Assembly: GCA_964654465.1 (NCBI GenBank) | Contig: CAZZIO010000035.1 | Span: 1 to 64,000 of the forward strand | DNA length: 64,000 bases | Direction of reading: 5' to 3' | Origin: an uncultured Dictyoglomota bacterium | GTDB lineage: Bacteria; Dictyoglomota; Dictyoglomia; Dictyoglomales; Dictyoglomaceae | Part shown: positions 29,783-40,708 of the stretch, piece after piece | Numbering within the stretch: position 1 is the first letter of the stretch | Layout: the number at the start of each line of letters is the position of its first letter | Notes under the pieces: model-generated | What the model was told of the DNA's origin: nothing | The model's input: the letters and a program-made list of their open reading frames with translations, nothing else | The model's database searches: none | Translations under genes and position numbers: made by a program

Positions 29783-31056
29783 TACTCTTTCACCTCCACT
29801 TCCCATGGAGCAGCTATTCTTCCAAGAATAGCAGAAGCAGCTGCTACTGCGGGATTAGCCAAATATACTTCACTTTTCGGATGCCCCATTCTACCAACAA
29901 AATTCCTATTAGTTGTTGCTACAGCTCTCTCACCATCTGCCAATACTCCCAAATGTCCTCCTAAACACGGTCCACAACTTGGTGGTGTTATTGAAGCTCC
30001 AGCTTCTAAAAATATTTCTAATAAGCCTTCTCTTAATGCATCCATATATATACGCGGTGTGGCGGGTGTTATTATAAGTCTAACATCAGGATGTACCTTA
30101 TGCCCTTTTAAAATTTTAGCTGCCATCCTTAAGTCTTCAATTCTTCCATTAGTGCATGACCCTATATAGACTTGATCTATATAAATGTCTTTACTTATTG
30201 AAGAAATCGGCTTTACATTACTTGGTAGATGAGGAAAAGCTACAACAGGCTCCCACTTACTTACATCCCATTCATATATTTCTTTATAATTAGCATCAGG
30301 ATCACTTTTATAGAATTTATACCCTCTTTTTGCTCTTCCTTTTACATATTCTAATGTGATTTCATCGGGTTCTATTATTCCGTTTTTTGCTCCTGCTTCA
30401 ATAGCCATATTGCATATAGTAAGCCTATCAGACATAGGAAGGGTTCTAATGATTTCACCTGTAAATTCCATTGCTTTATATCTTGCACCATCAACTCCTA
30501 TATATCCTATTGTTTGTAGTATTAGATCTTTTCCAGTTACCCACTGTGGTAATTTTCCATAATAAACAAATTTTAAACTTTCTGGAACTTTAAACCATAT
30601 TTCTCCAGTTGCCATAGCATAAGCAAAATCGGTACTGCCTACACCTGTTGAAAAGGCTCCTAATGCTCCGTAGGTACATGTATGAGAATCAGCCCCAATA
30701 ATACAATCACCTGGTAATACTAAACCCTCCTCAGGGAGTAAAGCATGTTCAATTCCAACTCTACCGACCTCATAATAATATTTTATATTATGTTTTTTTG
30801 CAAAATCTCTTAACATTTTACTTTGCATAGCTGACTTTATATCTTTATTAGGCGTAGAATGGTCTGGAATTAAAGCAATTCTTTCAGGATCAAATACCTT
30901 TTCTGCCCCAATTTTTTCAAATTCTTTAATTGCAAGTGGACCTGTAATATCATTAGCAAGAATAAAATCAAGTTTTGCAAAAATTAATTCTCCTGGATAT
31001 ACTTCTTTTCTTCCAGAATGATCTGCTAATATTTTTTCTGTTATTGTCATTCCCAT
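29782..31056 (-). CDS. leuC: 3-isopropylmalate dehydratase large subunit
   Basis: [15 protein letters not shown] and CGPCLG motifs. Confidence 0.96.
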   Translation of the reverse strand: MGMTITEKILADHSGRKEVYPGELIFAKLDFILANDITGPLAIKEFEKIGAEKVFDPERIALIPDHSTPNKDIKSAMQSKMLRDFAKKHNIKYYYEVGRVGIEHALLPEEGLVLPGDCIIGADSHTCTYGALGAFSTGVGSTDFAYAMATGEIWFKVPESLKFVYYGKLPQWVTGKDLILQTIGYIGVDGARYKAMEFTGEIIRTLPMSDRLTICNMAIEAGAKNGIIEPDEITLEYVKGRAKRGYKFYKSDPDANYKEIYEWDVSKWEPVVAFPHLPSNVKPISSISKDIYIDQVYIGSCTNGRIEDLRMAAKILKGHKVHPDVRLIITPATPRIYMDALREGLLEIFLEAGASITPPSCGPCLGGHLGVLADGERAVATTNRNFVGRMGHPKSEVYLANPAVAAASAILGRIAAPWEVEVKE

Positions 31057-31095
31057 TTATCTAAAAGCCTCCTTTTTTTTACGAAACTTATTCTG

Positions 31096-32607
31096 TTAAT
31101 CTTTACCCCTAAACATAATCATTTGATTAATAGCCCTTAAATAAGCTTTTGCACTTGCTTCTACGATATCAGTACTTGACGCCCTACCAACATAAAAGTT
31201 TCCGTCTTTATCTGATATCTTTACCACTGCTTCTCCTAAAGCATCAGTACCACCAGTAATAGACTTTAATGAGAAATCTTCAAGATTATGCTGTATTTTT
31301 ACCGCCTTTGATATAGCTTTATAAACAGCATCCACTGGACCATTTCCTATCTCTACAGATTTTATTGTTTCACCATCTTCTGCAATGATTACAGTTGCAG
31401 TTGGTACTATTCCTATTCCGCTGACTACTTGAAGATGTTCTAACTTATAAAATTCAGGTATAAGTCTCATTTGATTAGATACTATTGCCTCAATATCCCT
31501 GTCTGTAATTTCTTTCTTTTTATCAGCCAATTCTTTGAACTTCTTAAAAGCTTCCTCCAATTGATCTGCTGACAAATTATAACCTAATTCTTGCAATCTC
31601 TTTTCAAAAGCATGTTTGCCTGAATGTTTACCAAGGACTATTCTACTTTCAGGTATACCTATCATTTTAGGATCTATAATTTCATAAGTAGTTGGATCTT
31701 GAATTATTCCATGTTGATGGATACCTGATTCATGAGCAAAGGCATTTTCTCCAACTACTGCTTTATTAGGCTGAATAGGAATACCTGTTAGAGTACTTAC
31801 TAATTTGCTTGTTTTATATATTTCTTGAGTATTAATACCTACTTCATAAGGAAGTCTTCTTACTTTTATTGCCATAATAATTTCTTCCATGGCTGCATTT
31901 CCAGCTCTTTCACCCAATCCATTTATTGTACATTCTACTTGTTCTGCTCCATTTATTATTGCAGAGAGAGAATTAGCAGTAGCAAGCCCTAAATCATTAT
32001 GGCAATGTACACTAACTATAACTTTATCTATATTTTTTACATTTTCTTTCAGCCTCTTAATAAGTTCACCAAATTCCCAGGGTAAGGCATAACCAACTGT
32101 ATCAGGTACATTTATGACAGTTGCTCCAGCCTCTATAACAGCCTCAAACACTTTACATAGAAAATTAAAATCACTTCTAACTGCATCTTCTGCTGAAAAC
32201 TCCACATCACTACAATATCTTTTTGCATATTTAACAGCTGAAACAGCTTGTTCAAGAACCTCATCTCTTGTTTTTCTTAGTTTTTTCTCAATATGTATAT
32301 CAGAAGTGGCAATAAAGGTATGAATCCTAGGAGATTCTGCTCCTTTTATAGCTTCCCATGCTCTATCAATATCTAAAGGAATAGCTCTTGCAAGAGCAGC
32401 AATAATAGATCCTCTTACATTATCTGCTATATTCTTTACAGCCTCAAATTCTCCAGGAGATGCAATTGGAAATCCAGCTTCAATGATATCCACATTAAGC
32501 TTAGCAAGTTGTTTTGCTATTTCTAATTTCTCTTCCTTATTTAAGTTAACTCCAGGGGTTTGTTCTCCATCCCTCAAAGTTGTATCAAAGATGTATACCT
32601 TTGACAT
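31096..32607 (-). CDS. leuA: 2-isopropylmalate synthase
   Basis: [17 protein letters not shown] and AHESGIHQ motifs. Confidence 0.96.
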   Translation of the reverse strand: MSKVYIFDTTLRDGEQTPGVNLNKEEKLEIAKQLAKLNVDIIEAGFPIASPGEFEAVKNIADNVRGSIIAALARAIPLDIDRAWEAIKGAESPRIHTFIATSDIHIEKKLRKTRDEVLEQAVSAVKYAKRYCSDVEFSAEDAVRSDFNFLCKVFEAVIEAGATVINVPDTVGYALPWEFGELIKRLKENVKNIDKVIVSVHCHNDLGLATANSLSAIINGAEQVECTINGLGERAGNAAMEEIIMAIKVRRLPYEVGINTQEIYKTSKLVSTLTGIPIQPNKAVVGENAFAHESGIHQHGIIQDPTTYEIIDPKMIGIPESRIVLGKHSGKHAFEKRLQELGYNLSADQLEEAFKKFKELADKKKEITDRDIEAIVSNQMRLIPEFYKLEHLQVVSGIGIVPTATVIIAEDGETIKSVEIGNGPVDAVYKAISKAVKIQHNLEDFSLKSITGGTDALGEAVVKISDKDGNFYVGRASSTDIVEASAKAYLRAINQMIMFRGKD

Positions 32608-32630
32608 AAAAACTCACCACCTTAAATTAA

Positions 32631-33626
32631 TTACTTTTTCTTTAACCAAGGCATCATTTCTCTTAAGATTTTTCCAACCTTTTCTATTAGATGTTCCTCA
32701 TCCTTTTTCAAAAGAGCATTAAAAACTGGTCTTCCTACTTGATTTTCAAGTATCCATTCCTTTGCAAATTGTCCACTTTGTATTTCATACAATATCTTTT
32801 TCATTTCTTTTTTAGTCTCTTCATTAATAATCCTTGGACCTCTTGTTATATCACCATACTTAGCTGTATCTGAGATGGCTTTTCTCATAAAGCTTATACC
32901 ACCTTGGTTTATAAGATCCACAATAAGCTTCATCTCATGTAAACACTCATAATAAGCAACTTCTGGCTGATAACCTGCCTCAACAAGAGTCTCAAATCCA
33001 GCCTTAATTAACGCAGTAACTCCACCACATAATACTACTTGTTCGCCAAAAAGATCTGTTTCTGTTTCTTCTTTAAAGGTGGTCTCTATTACTCCTGCTC
33101 TTGTAGCTCCGATACCTTTGGCATAAGCAAGAGCAATTTCTTTAGCTTTTTGAGAATAATCCTGATATACGGCAAACAATGCAGGTACTCCTTTACCTTC
33201 TACATATAAATCTCTTACAAGTGGTCCAGGCCCTTTAGGAGCTACCATAAATACATCAACAAAGGGTGGGGGAACTATTTGGGAAAAATGTATATTAAAT
33301 CCATGAGCAAATCCTAAAGCTTGATTTGGTTTTAAATATGGCATTACTTGATTATTATAGATATGTGGTTGTTCTGTATCTGGTATTAAAAACATTATTA
33401 TATCGGCTTTTTGTACAGCATTCTCTATTTTTTCTACGTTCATACCTTCCTCTACAGCTCTTTTCCATGATTCACCGTTAGGTCTTACTCCCACTATAAC
33501 GTTGAGTCCACTGTCCTTCAAATTTCTGGCATGGGCACGACCTTGACTACCATAGCCAATAATAACAATAGTTTTACCTTTAATGATATCTAAACTAACA
33601 TCTGAATCATGATAAACCTTTGCCAT
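32631..33626 (-). CDS. ilvC: Ketol-acid reductoisomerase
   Basis: IGYGSQG and [10 protein letters not shown] motifs. Confidence 0.97.
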   Translation of the reverse strand: MAKVYHDSDVSLDIIKGKTIVIIGYGSQGRAHARNLKDSGLNVIVGVRPNGESWKRAVEEGMNVEKIENAVQKADIIMFLIPDTEQPHIYNNQVMPYLKPNQALGFAHGFNIHFSQIVPPPFVDVFMVAPKGPGPLVRDLYVEGKGVPALFAVYQDYSQKAKEIALAYAKGIGATRAGVIETTFKEETETDLFGEQVVLCGGVTALIKAGFETLVEAGYQPEVAYYECLHEMKLIVDLINQGGISFMRKAISDTAKYGDITRGPRIINEETKKEMKKILYEIQSGQFAKEWILENQVGRPVFNALLKKDEEHLIEKVGKILREMMPWLKKK

Positions 33627-33652
33627 AGTAGAACCTCCTCATATTAAAGTTT

Positions 33653-34135
33653 TCATAATTTTAATCCTCTCTCCATAACAATCTTTCCAGTACGTACCAT
33701 TTCCTTAATTCCGTATGGCTCCAAATTCTTCTTAAAGGCATCTATTTTCTCGCTATCTCCAGTAACTTCAATAATAAGATCCTTATCACTAACATCAACT
33801 ATACTTGCCCTAAATATTTCAACTAAATCTATAATAGCCCTACGAGTTGATGCATCTGATTTAACTCTTATTAAAGCGAGTTCTCTTTCTACAACAGGAA
33901 CACCTGTAAAATCATTAACTTTAATAACTTCTATTAGTTTGTAAGCTTGCTTTGTTATTTGCTCTAATACCTTTTCATCTCCATTTACAACTAATGTAAT
34001 ACGAGAAAGATTAGGAGTTTCTGTGGTATTAACTGCTAAACTCTCTATATTATAACCTCTTCTACTAAAGAGTCCTGCAATTCTTGCTAATACTCCAGGC
34101 TTATTTTCTACAATTAATGATAAGGTATGTTGCAT
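33653..34135 (-). CDS. ilvN: Acetolactate synthase small subunit
   Basis: VENKPGVLARIAGLFSRRGYNIESL motif. Confidence 0.96.
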   Translation of the reverse strand: MQHTLSLIVENKPGVLARIAGLFSRRGYNIESLAVNTTETPNLSRITLVVNGDEKVLEQITKQAYKLIEVIKVNDFTGVPVVERELALIRVKSDASTRRAIIDLVEIFRASIVDVSDKDLIIEVTGDSEKIDAFKKNLEPYGIKEMVRTGKIVMERGLKL

Positions 34136-34151
34136 AAAACATTCGCCTCCT

Positions 34152-35825
34152 TTAGTCAATCATCATTTTATCAATAGAACCACCGGCTGGGATCATAGGA
34201 AAGACATTAGCTTCCCTTTTTACTTTAATATCTACTATTACTGGAGCATCGTTTATATTCAGTGCCCACTCAATAGCATCTTCTAGTTCATCAATTTTAG
34301 TAACTTTTCTCCCATATGCTCCATATGCATCTGCTAATTTTTCAAAATCGGGAGCTACATCTAATAATGTACATGCATATCTCTTGTTATAAAAAAGTTC
34401 TTGCCACTGTCTGACCATGCCAAGACAGCTGTTATTTAAAACAAAGATCTTAACAGGTAGTTTCTCTGCTGAGGCAGTAGCTAATTCCTGAATATTCATC
34501 TGTATACTTCCATCACCTGCTATATCAATAACAATTTTATCTTTATTTGCTATTTTGGCTCCTATTGAGGCTGGAAATCCAAATCCCATCGTTCCTAAGC
34601 CACCAGAAGTAATAAATTGTCTAGGTCTTTTTACTTTATAAAACTGGGCAGCCCACATTTGATTTTGTCCTACTTCTGTGACTACTATAGCTTCTCCTTT
34701 GGTTTTTTCATAGATTTTTTCAATTACATACTGGGGTACTATTTCATCATCATACCATCTATATCTTAAAGGATACTTAGTCTTCCATTCTTTAATCTTT
34801 TCCCACCAGATAGGATTATGTTTTGGCTCTACTATCTCGCACAATTTCTCTAAAGCTCTTTTAGCGTCTGCCACAATAGGTATATCAACAGAAACATTTT
34901 TACCAACTTCAGCTGGATCTATATCTATATGAATTATCTTAGCATGTGGAGCAAAGGTTTCTACTTTTCCTGTAGATCTATCACTAAATCTTACTCCTAT
35001 AGCAATAATAAGATCACTTTCATTTATAGCATAATTTGCATAAGCAGCCCCATGCATCCCTATAAATCCACAACATAACTCATGATCTTCTGGTATAGAG
35101 CCTTTTCCCATTAATGTGGTTACTACAGGAGTATTAATTTTTTCTGCAAATTTAATAAGCTCTGTAGAAGCATCTGAAGATATTACTCCACCACCTGCCA
35201 GTATAATTGGTCTTTCTGACTCTTTTATTAATTGGGCAGCTTTTCTAAGTTGTAATGGATGTGGTTCATAATTAGGACGATATCCAAGAAGTTCTACTTT
35301 GTTAGGTACAGAGTATTCAATTTTTGAAGAAAATACATCTGCTGGAATATCAATTAAAACAGGACCTTTTCTACCTGTTTTTGCTATATAAAAAGCTTCT
35401 TTAATTATTCTTAGTGCCTCACTTGGATCTTTCAATAGATAATTATGTTTAGTAATTGGCATGGTTATACCACGGGTATCTACTTCTTGAAATGAATCTT
35501 TTCCTATAGCAGAAGTTCTTACCTGTCCAGTTATAGCCACGATTGGAGTAGAATCCATATATGCTGTTGCTATACCTGTCACTAAATTGGTAGCTCCTGG
35601 GCCAGAGGTAGCCACACATACACCAACTTTACCTGTTGATCTCGCATAACCATCTGCAGCATGAGCTGCACCTTGCTCATGCCTTACTAATACGTGCTTA
35701 AGGGTAGAATTATATAATGCATCATAAAAACTTATGACAGCACCACCCGGATAACCAAATAATATTTCAATCCCTTCTTCTTCCTGCATATATTTTATTA
35801 TTGCTTCAGCTACTGTCATCTGCAT
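34152..35825 (-). CDS. ilvB: Acetolactate synthase large subunit
   Basis: FGYPGG, RHEQGA and GDGS..N motifs; SD AAGGAGG before ATG 35825. Confidence 0.97.
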   Translation of the reverse strand: MQMTVAEAIIKYMQEEEGIEILFGYPGGAVISFYDALYNSTLKHVLVRHEQGAAHAADGYARSTGKVGVCVATSGPGATNLVTGIATAYMDSTPIVAITGQVRTSAIGKDSFQEVDTRGITMPITKHNYLLKDPSEALRIIKEAFYIAKTGRKGPVLIDIPADVFSSKIEYSVPNKVELLGYRPNYEPHPLQLRKAAQLIKESERPIILAGGGVISSDASTELIKFAEKINTPVVTTLMGKGSIPEDHELCCGFIGMHGAAYANYAINESDLIIAIGVRFSDRSTGKVETFAPHAKIIHIDIDPAEVGKNVSVDIPIVADAKRALEKLCEIVEPKHNPIWWEKIKEWKTKYPLRYRWYDDEIVPQYVIEKIYEKTKGEAIVVTEVGQNQMWAAQFYKVKRPRQFITSGGLGTMGFGFPASIGAKIANKDKIVIDIAGDGSIQMNIQELATASAEKLPVKIFVLNNSCLGMVRQWQELFYNKRYACTLLDVAPDFEKLADAYGAYGRKVTKIDELEDAIEWALNINDAPVIVDIKVKREANVFPMIPAGGSIDKMMID

Positions 35826-35846
35826 GATATTTTTACCTCCTTTCTT

Positions 35847-36090
35847 AAAATAAAAGCTTCTCAACCACAACAAGGATGAGAAGCTCCCACGGTACCACCT
35901 TTATTGCCTTAAGATAATTATACTTAAGGCCTCTCTTCTCTTTAACGCAGAGATACGTGAAATCCTACTAAAAGTTTCAGATTTCAAGCTCCGAGGCGAG
36001 TTCTATAGACCGCAACACCAGGTCACACCAACCCCCTGGCTCTCTGTAAAATATGCAAATCTACATACTGCTCCTCTTCATCGCCTTTGA
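35847..36090 (-). promoter_or_regulatory. T-box riboswitch, Leu (CUC) specifier
   Basis: Minus strand: AGTA box, CAGAGAG, GGTGTGA, GAA-CTC specifier, T-box AAAGGTGGTACCGTG, terminator AGCTTCTCA..TGAGAAGCT-TTTATTTT. Confidence 0.93.
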
Positions 36091-36344
36091 TTTTTTATAT
36101 TTAATCAGGAATATTATCATACAAAATTTTTTTTGTAAAGAGGGTTAGATGAAATTTTTATATGAATTTTCCTATTTTTATTTTTACTTCCGATAATATA
36201 TATTATGTAAAGTTATTTTGAGAAAAAAATTAAGAAAGTGGATTATATATTTAATTAAAATCCCAAAATTTTTGTTATAATATAACAAATTTTAGGGTAT
36301 AATTATTTAATAAGAAAAAATTGTAAATAAAGGGAGTAGAGAGT

Positions 36345-38057
36345 ATGAAAAATAAAAATTGGGTGAGGGAAAAGGGGGATATAAGTTTAATAACAGCTTT
36401 AACTCTTGCAATTTTTGTAACTGCTCTTATTGCTTTACTTTTAAATCTTCCCATTGAACAATCTTACTTTACGCGCAGAAATCAAGCAAGAGATCAGGTT
36501 TTATATGCTACTCAAATAGGAATCAAAAGTATTTTAACTACTGCAAGATATTATTTAAAAGAAGAAATAGGTAAACTTAAAGTCTCCGAAATTACAGAAG
36601 ATAGAATGAGAAATATATTATCTTCATCAAATCCAAATTTTATAAATACAATTCAATTTATATATACAAATACAGCTCAGGTGGATCCTACTACAATATA
36701 TTCCTTAAATAGTTATTCTTTTACTTTATCTGCTTATTCTGCAAGTGTTAGAGGTGGAGTTACAGATTATATAACCTATACATATAATTACACCATTGTA
36801 TGTACAGGTAGGAAGGTAAATTTTTCACCTGCAGTTACTCTTACAGTTACTGTTACCGGAAAAATTGAAGGAGTTTTACGAAGAGAAAATTTTGCAAGAT
36901 TTGCCCTATTTACAGATTTACATCAAATGGCTGATGGCTCAACAGTATGGTTTACAGATAGGACACGATTTTATGGACCAGTTCACACCAATGGGGAATT
37001 TGCCTTTGCTTATACTCCACAATTCTTTGATATAGTGACATCATCTGCAGCAACTGCAATGTTTTACAATAGAGGAAGAACAGTAAGACTTAGTGCAGAT
37101 AGAAATCCTCCAAATGACGTTCCATTCTTTGCACAAGGATTTATAAGAGGTGCTAGTAAAATTGATCTTCCACCTACCACATATACTCAGCTTTATGCAG
37201 CGCTATCTTATTTTCCTGGTGATGTTTTTCCTACTTATTCTCCAACATACTCTATTATTAGAAGCTATTTAGGTTTACCTGTTAATAACAATCCTCCTCC
37301 AGATGGTGTATATACTATTACAATTGCAAATGGTGGTGGTATATATGTAAAAGGAGATGCTAGTATAGAATTCGGCAAAGACTCATCAGGAAGAGCTGTA
37401 TATACTATCGCCCAAGGAAACAATACATATGTTTTTACTATTGATTCTGAAAATAATAAAACTTATGTAAAAATAGGGAATAATACTATTGTGATAAATA
37501 AAGTACCAAATGGAGTTATATATGTGGACGGAAATATAACAAGTATAAAGGGGTTAATTCAAAAAGATCAAAGATTGTCTGTTATTGCAGCGAACACAAT
37601 TACTATCACAAATAATCTTGTTTATGAAGATGATCCAAGAAATAATCCTAATGCAATTAATGTTCTTGGTCTTTTAGCACAAAATGGAAATATATGGATT
37701 GATACCAAAAATCCAGATGGTACTCCTCTTAGGGATCCAAATATTCATGGAGTATTAATGGCCCCAAATGGAGTCGTACAAGTAATGAACTATAATACAA
37801 GATCTCCTGCAGGTGATGTACATTTACTTGGAGGAATTATATCAAAAAGGTACGGAGCATTTGGAACTTTTACTACAGATAGAAATGGTAATCCCGTACC
37901 AAAGACTGGTTATGGTAGAGATTTCTGGTATGATTATAGAATGCGTACTGGGTATGCACCTCCATATTTCCCTACTACTAATAGAACTATTCAGGAAGGT
38001 AATCCTCAAACCCAGAGATGGGTAACTATAGATTCATGGGTGGAGAGCTGGAGATGA
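36345..38057 (+). CDS. Large PilX-like minor pilin / pilus-tip protein (DUF4900-like beta-rich C-terminus)
   Basis: KG|DISLITAL hydrophobic N-terminus; GPVHTNG, IYVDGNI and YDYRM..PPYFP motifs. Confidence 0.75.
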   Translation: MKNKNWVREKGDISLITALTLAIFVTALIALLLNLPIEQSYFTRRNQARDQVLYATQIGIKSILTTARYYLKEEIGKLKVSEITEDRMRNILSSSNPNFINTIQFIYTNTAQVDPTTIYSLNSYSFTLSAYSASVRGGVTDYITYTYNYTIVCTGRKVNFSPAVTLTVTVTGKIEGVLRRENFARFALFTDLHQMADGSTVWFTDRTRFYGPVHTNGEFAFAYTPQFFDIVTSSAATAMFYNRGRTVRLSADRNPPNDVPFFAQGFIRGASKIDLPPTTYTQLYAALSYFPGDVFPTYSPTYSIIRSYLGLPVNNNPPPDGVYTITIANGGGIYVKGDASIEFGKDSSGRAVYTIAQGNNTYVFTIDSENNKTYVKIGNNTIVINKVPNGVIYVDGNITSIKGLIQKDQRLSVIAANTITITNNLVYEDDPRNNPNAINVLGLLAQNGNIWIDTKNPDGTPLRDPNIHGVLMAPNGVVQVMNYNTRSPAGDVHLLGGIISKRYGAFGTFTTDRNGNPVPKTGYGRDFWYDYRMRTGYAPPYFPTTNRTIQEGNPQTQRWVTIDSWVESWR

Positions 38058-38296
38058 AAGATTTAGATAGAATATTGCTAATAATCAGTATAGGCATATT
38101 TATAGTGATTCTCATATTTAGATTGATACCTTCAAAAACCGAAGAATATTCATCTATGGAAATAAAGAGTAAAGTAGAAAGGGATATTAATTTGGAGATT
38201 GAAGAGAAAAATACATATACAAATCCAATCAAAAAGGAGAATGAGAATCATAATAAAAGAGGTCCTTATCCTCCATTTGTGGAGTTTACCGAGTAA
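38054..38296 (+). CDS. Small membrane-anchored hypothetical protein, 80 aa
   Basis: ATGA overlap with the upstream stop; one N-terminal TM helix; C-terminal GPYPPF. Confidence 0.65.
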   Translation: MKDLDRILLIISIGIFIVILIFRLIPSKTEEYSSMEIKSKVERDINLEIEEKNTYTNPIKKENENHNKRGPYPPFVEFTE

Positions 38297-38313
38297 CCTT
38301 AGGGGGTGATGGT

Positions 38314-38874
38314 ATGAAAAATAAAAGAGAAAAAGGACAATCCTTAATTGGAGTGGTAATTTTTGCTATAATTTTGATGGTTCTTGTCTTAGGAGCAACA
38401 GGAGCAACAGTGTTAAGTTTTACCTTAAATAAAAGATTGAAAGATAGAGCTGAAGCTCAAGACATAGCTAAAAACATCATAGAAACAATTAAGGTTTGGT
38501 CTGGGAATAGTCTTGATAACTTTTTATCTTTAAATGAAAATGAAAAGCAGAATGTCCAAGGGGCGATCCCAGCTATTCCAACAATATGTCCAGCTATTCC
38601 AGCTGATCCTTCAGGTGGTGATATGATCTATACACAATTCATGAGCATACCTCAAGTAAATGGATCTCCCAAATATGCTGTACAATTTTTAATTAAGGAT
38701 TACTATCAACCTGGAACTTCCACAGTCATACTAAAGAGAATTACAATTAGGGTATATTACACAAAAAGAGATGGAAAAACTGATACCAGTTTCCACAAGC
38801 CAGGACCTGGAAGTCCACCAAAAAGATATGAAAATCCATTAGCTGAAATTGTAGGAGTTATTTCAAGGCCATGA
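38314..38874 (+). CDS. PilV-like minor pilin
   Basis: KG|QSLIGVVIF prepilin-like site lacking E5; A..IA..IIE helix; KRITIRVYY. Confidence 0.75.
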   Translation: MKNKREKGQSLIGVVIFAIILMVLVLGATGATVLSFTLNKRLKDRAEAQDIAKNIIETIKVWSGNSLDNFLSLNENEKQNVQGAIPAIPTICPAIPADPSGGDMIYTQFMSIPQVNGSPKYAVQFLIKDYYQPGTSTVILKRITIRVYYTKRDGKTDTSFHKPGPGSPPKRYENPLAEIVGVISRP

Positions 38875-39632
38875 AACAAGGAATGTCTTTACCAGAATTA
38901 ATAATATCAATTACCATTCTTTTTATAGTATTAGCTTCTGCTTTTAGTATGTGGTTTGCTATACAAAGGGATCTTATTGTTCAAAGGCTCGATAGAGAAA
39001 TATTTGATCAACTATCTACAGCAAAGTCTCAAATATTAGATTCGGTTCTGAAAAGTATTTTCATATATCCTCCTGATGTGAATATTGTTTTGAGGGATAA
39101 TTCTCGTTTTAATTTGAATATAAATGAAAAAGTATCCTATAATAAACTATTAACTATTTCACCCACATCAGGAGGATATTATTTAAATGCATATTTATCT
39201 GTACCAAGAAATCCTCAAGATGCATTGTTACCAAATTCAAGAATGCTCCTCTATTACAAAAAATTTATAAACTGGGCTCCTCAATATAATACTTTTACTT
39301 TAACTGTTGTAGAAACAGGAGGAACTAGAGTTATTAAACTTGCAAAAATAATTAATTATCCTACAAACATTACCTTTACTACTGGTGAAGGACCTAAGGT
39401 TATAGCTGATTATATAATAAATAATGGATTTACAGTAAATTATTATGTTGTTGATGTAACATCAGCTTACACATATACAACCTATACAAACTCCATAACA
39501 TCGAGAAGTATAAATATACAACAAGTGGAAGTAACTATAAGAGCTCAAAGAAGATATCAAAATATCTACAGAAATAAGGAGATAAAATTTAAAGGTGCAG
39601 TCTTTTTAGAAGAACTTCCTATAGCTTATTAA
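38871..39632 (+). CDS. PilW-like minor pilin
   Basis: QG|MSLPELII class III signal. Confidence 0.78.
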   Translation: MKQGMSLPELIISITILFIVLASAFSMWFAIQRDLIVQRLDREIFDQLSTAKSQILDSVLKSIFIYPPDVNIVLRDNSRFNLNINEKVSYNKLLTISPTSGGYYLNAYLSVPRNPQDALLPNSRMLLYYKKFINWAPQYNTFTLTVVETGGTRVIKLAKIINYPTNITFTTGEGPKVIADYIINNGFTVNYYVVDVTSAYTYTTYTNSITSRSINIQQVEVTIRAQRRYQNIYRNKEIKFKGAVFLEELPIAY

Positions 39633-40159
39633 ATTCTCATTTTTAATTTATAAGAAATATTTCCTTTCCTTAATATTACCTCTCCTTTTTCCACATCTAT
39701 ATTATAAATCTTATATCCATCTATTTGATTTCCTTTCTCTAAAATTGTGCCTTTATCTTCTCCTACTTTTTCAAGAATGACTAATTCTTTTTCTTCTCCT
39801 TTTAAAATACCTTTAAGCTCATATGGAAACTTATCCTCAGAAGATTCTTTCTCCTCTACAAAAAGATTATTAATAGTTTTTATATTTTGACTTGTAGTTG
39901 TATTTTTTTCTTCCTTTACTTTTACAAGAGGAGCGAAAGGATCATCTCTCCCTAATACTAATTTATAGCTTTTTAATGGTTTTATATCAGGTAGTTTTAT
40001 ATTAACATTTTTGTCTGTTTCCAAGGAAGCTTTTTTCACATTTACAATTTCTATATAATCTTCCTTAGATATTATCCTATCTACATTTAACACTAAATAT
40101 GTATTTAAACCCATGGATATTATTAATAATGATCCTAAAAAATATTCTAATTTAGTCAC
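39629..40159 (-). CDS. PilP/GspC-like assembly protein
   Basis: TM anchor, RDDPFAPL, ELKGIL and G..IDGYKI motifs; follows pilO. Confidence 0.65.
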   Translation of the reverse strand: MTKLEYFLGSLLIISMGLNTYLVLNVDRIISKEDYIEIVNVKKASLETDKNVNIKLPDIKPLKSYKLVLGRDDPFAPLVKVKEEKNTTTSQNIKTINNLFVEEKESSEDKFPYELKGILKGEEKELVILEKVGEDKGTILEKGNQIDGYKIYNIDVEKGEVILRKGNISYKLKMRI

Positions 40160-40708
40160 TTATTCCTCTCCTCCTTTAAGAATATATATATCAAAGGATG
40201 TATATAAGATAAGGTTACCATTTTCATTATTTGTTAATTGTATTTGGGTAAAACTTATAGGATAGTTCTGGTTATAAAGATTTCTAAAGAAATCTAAAAA
40301 TTGATTATAGCTTCCTACTAATCTTAATTCTATAGGTAGTTTTTGCATTTTTAGTGGAAAATTTTCTGGTAAATCTTTCACATCTTCCATATCCCCTGGT
40401 TTTATTTCAAAAGATTTTATATTATTTTTCTTTATTACTATACTTAAATCTTTATAAAAGATAGGGATCTCATCCTCTCTTAGAAAAAGAAAATTTCTAT
40501 CAGCAAAAATCAATTTCTTCCTCTCCTCTATTTTATTTAATGTATCCCTAAGAATAGTTAAACTCTCAATAGTATTCTCTAACTCTAATCTCTTATTTCT
40601 ATAAAGGTTCACCAGTTTATTAACCTGACTATATTTAGGCATTATAAAAAGGATTAAGCCTAAGAGAAATATTAATAAAAAAATAAAAATATGAATTTTC
40701 TCTCTCAT
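40160..40708 (-). CDS. pilO: PilO-like assembly protein
   Basis: TM, coiled coil and LPIELRLVGSYNQFLDFF motif. Confidence 0.75.
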   Translation of the reverse strand: MREKIHIFIFLLIFLLGLILFIMPKYSQVNKLVNLYRNKRLELENTIESLTILRDTLNKIEERKKLIFADRNFLFLREDEIPIFYKDLSIVIKKNNIKSFEIKPGDMEDVKDLPENFPLKMQKLPIELRLVGSYNQFLDFFRNLYNQNYPISFTQIQLTNNENGNLILYTSFDIYILKGGEE

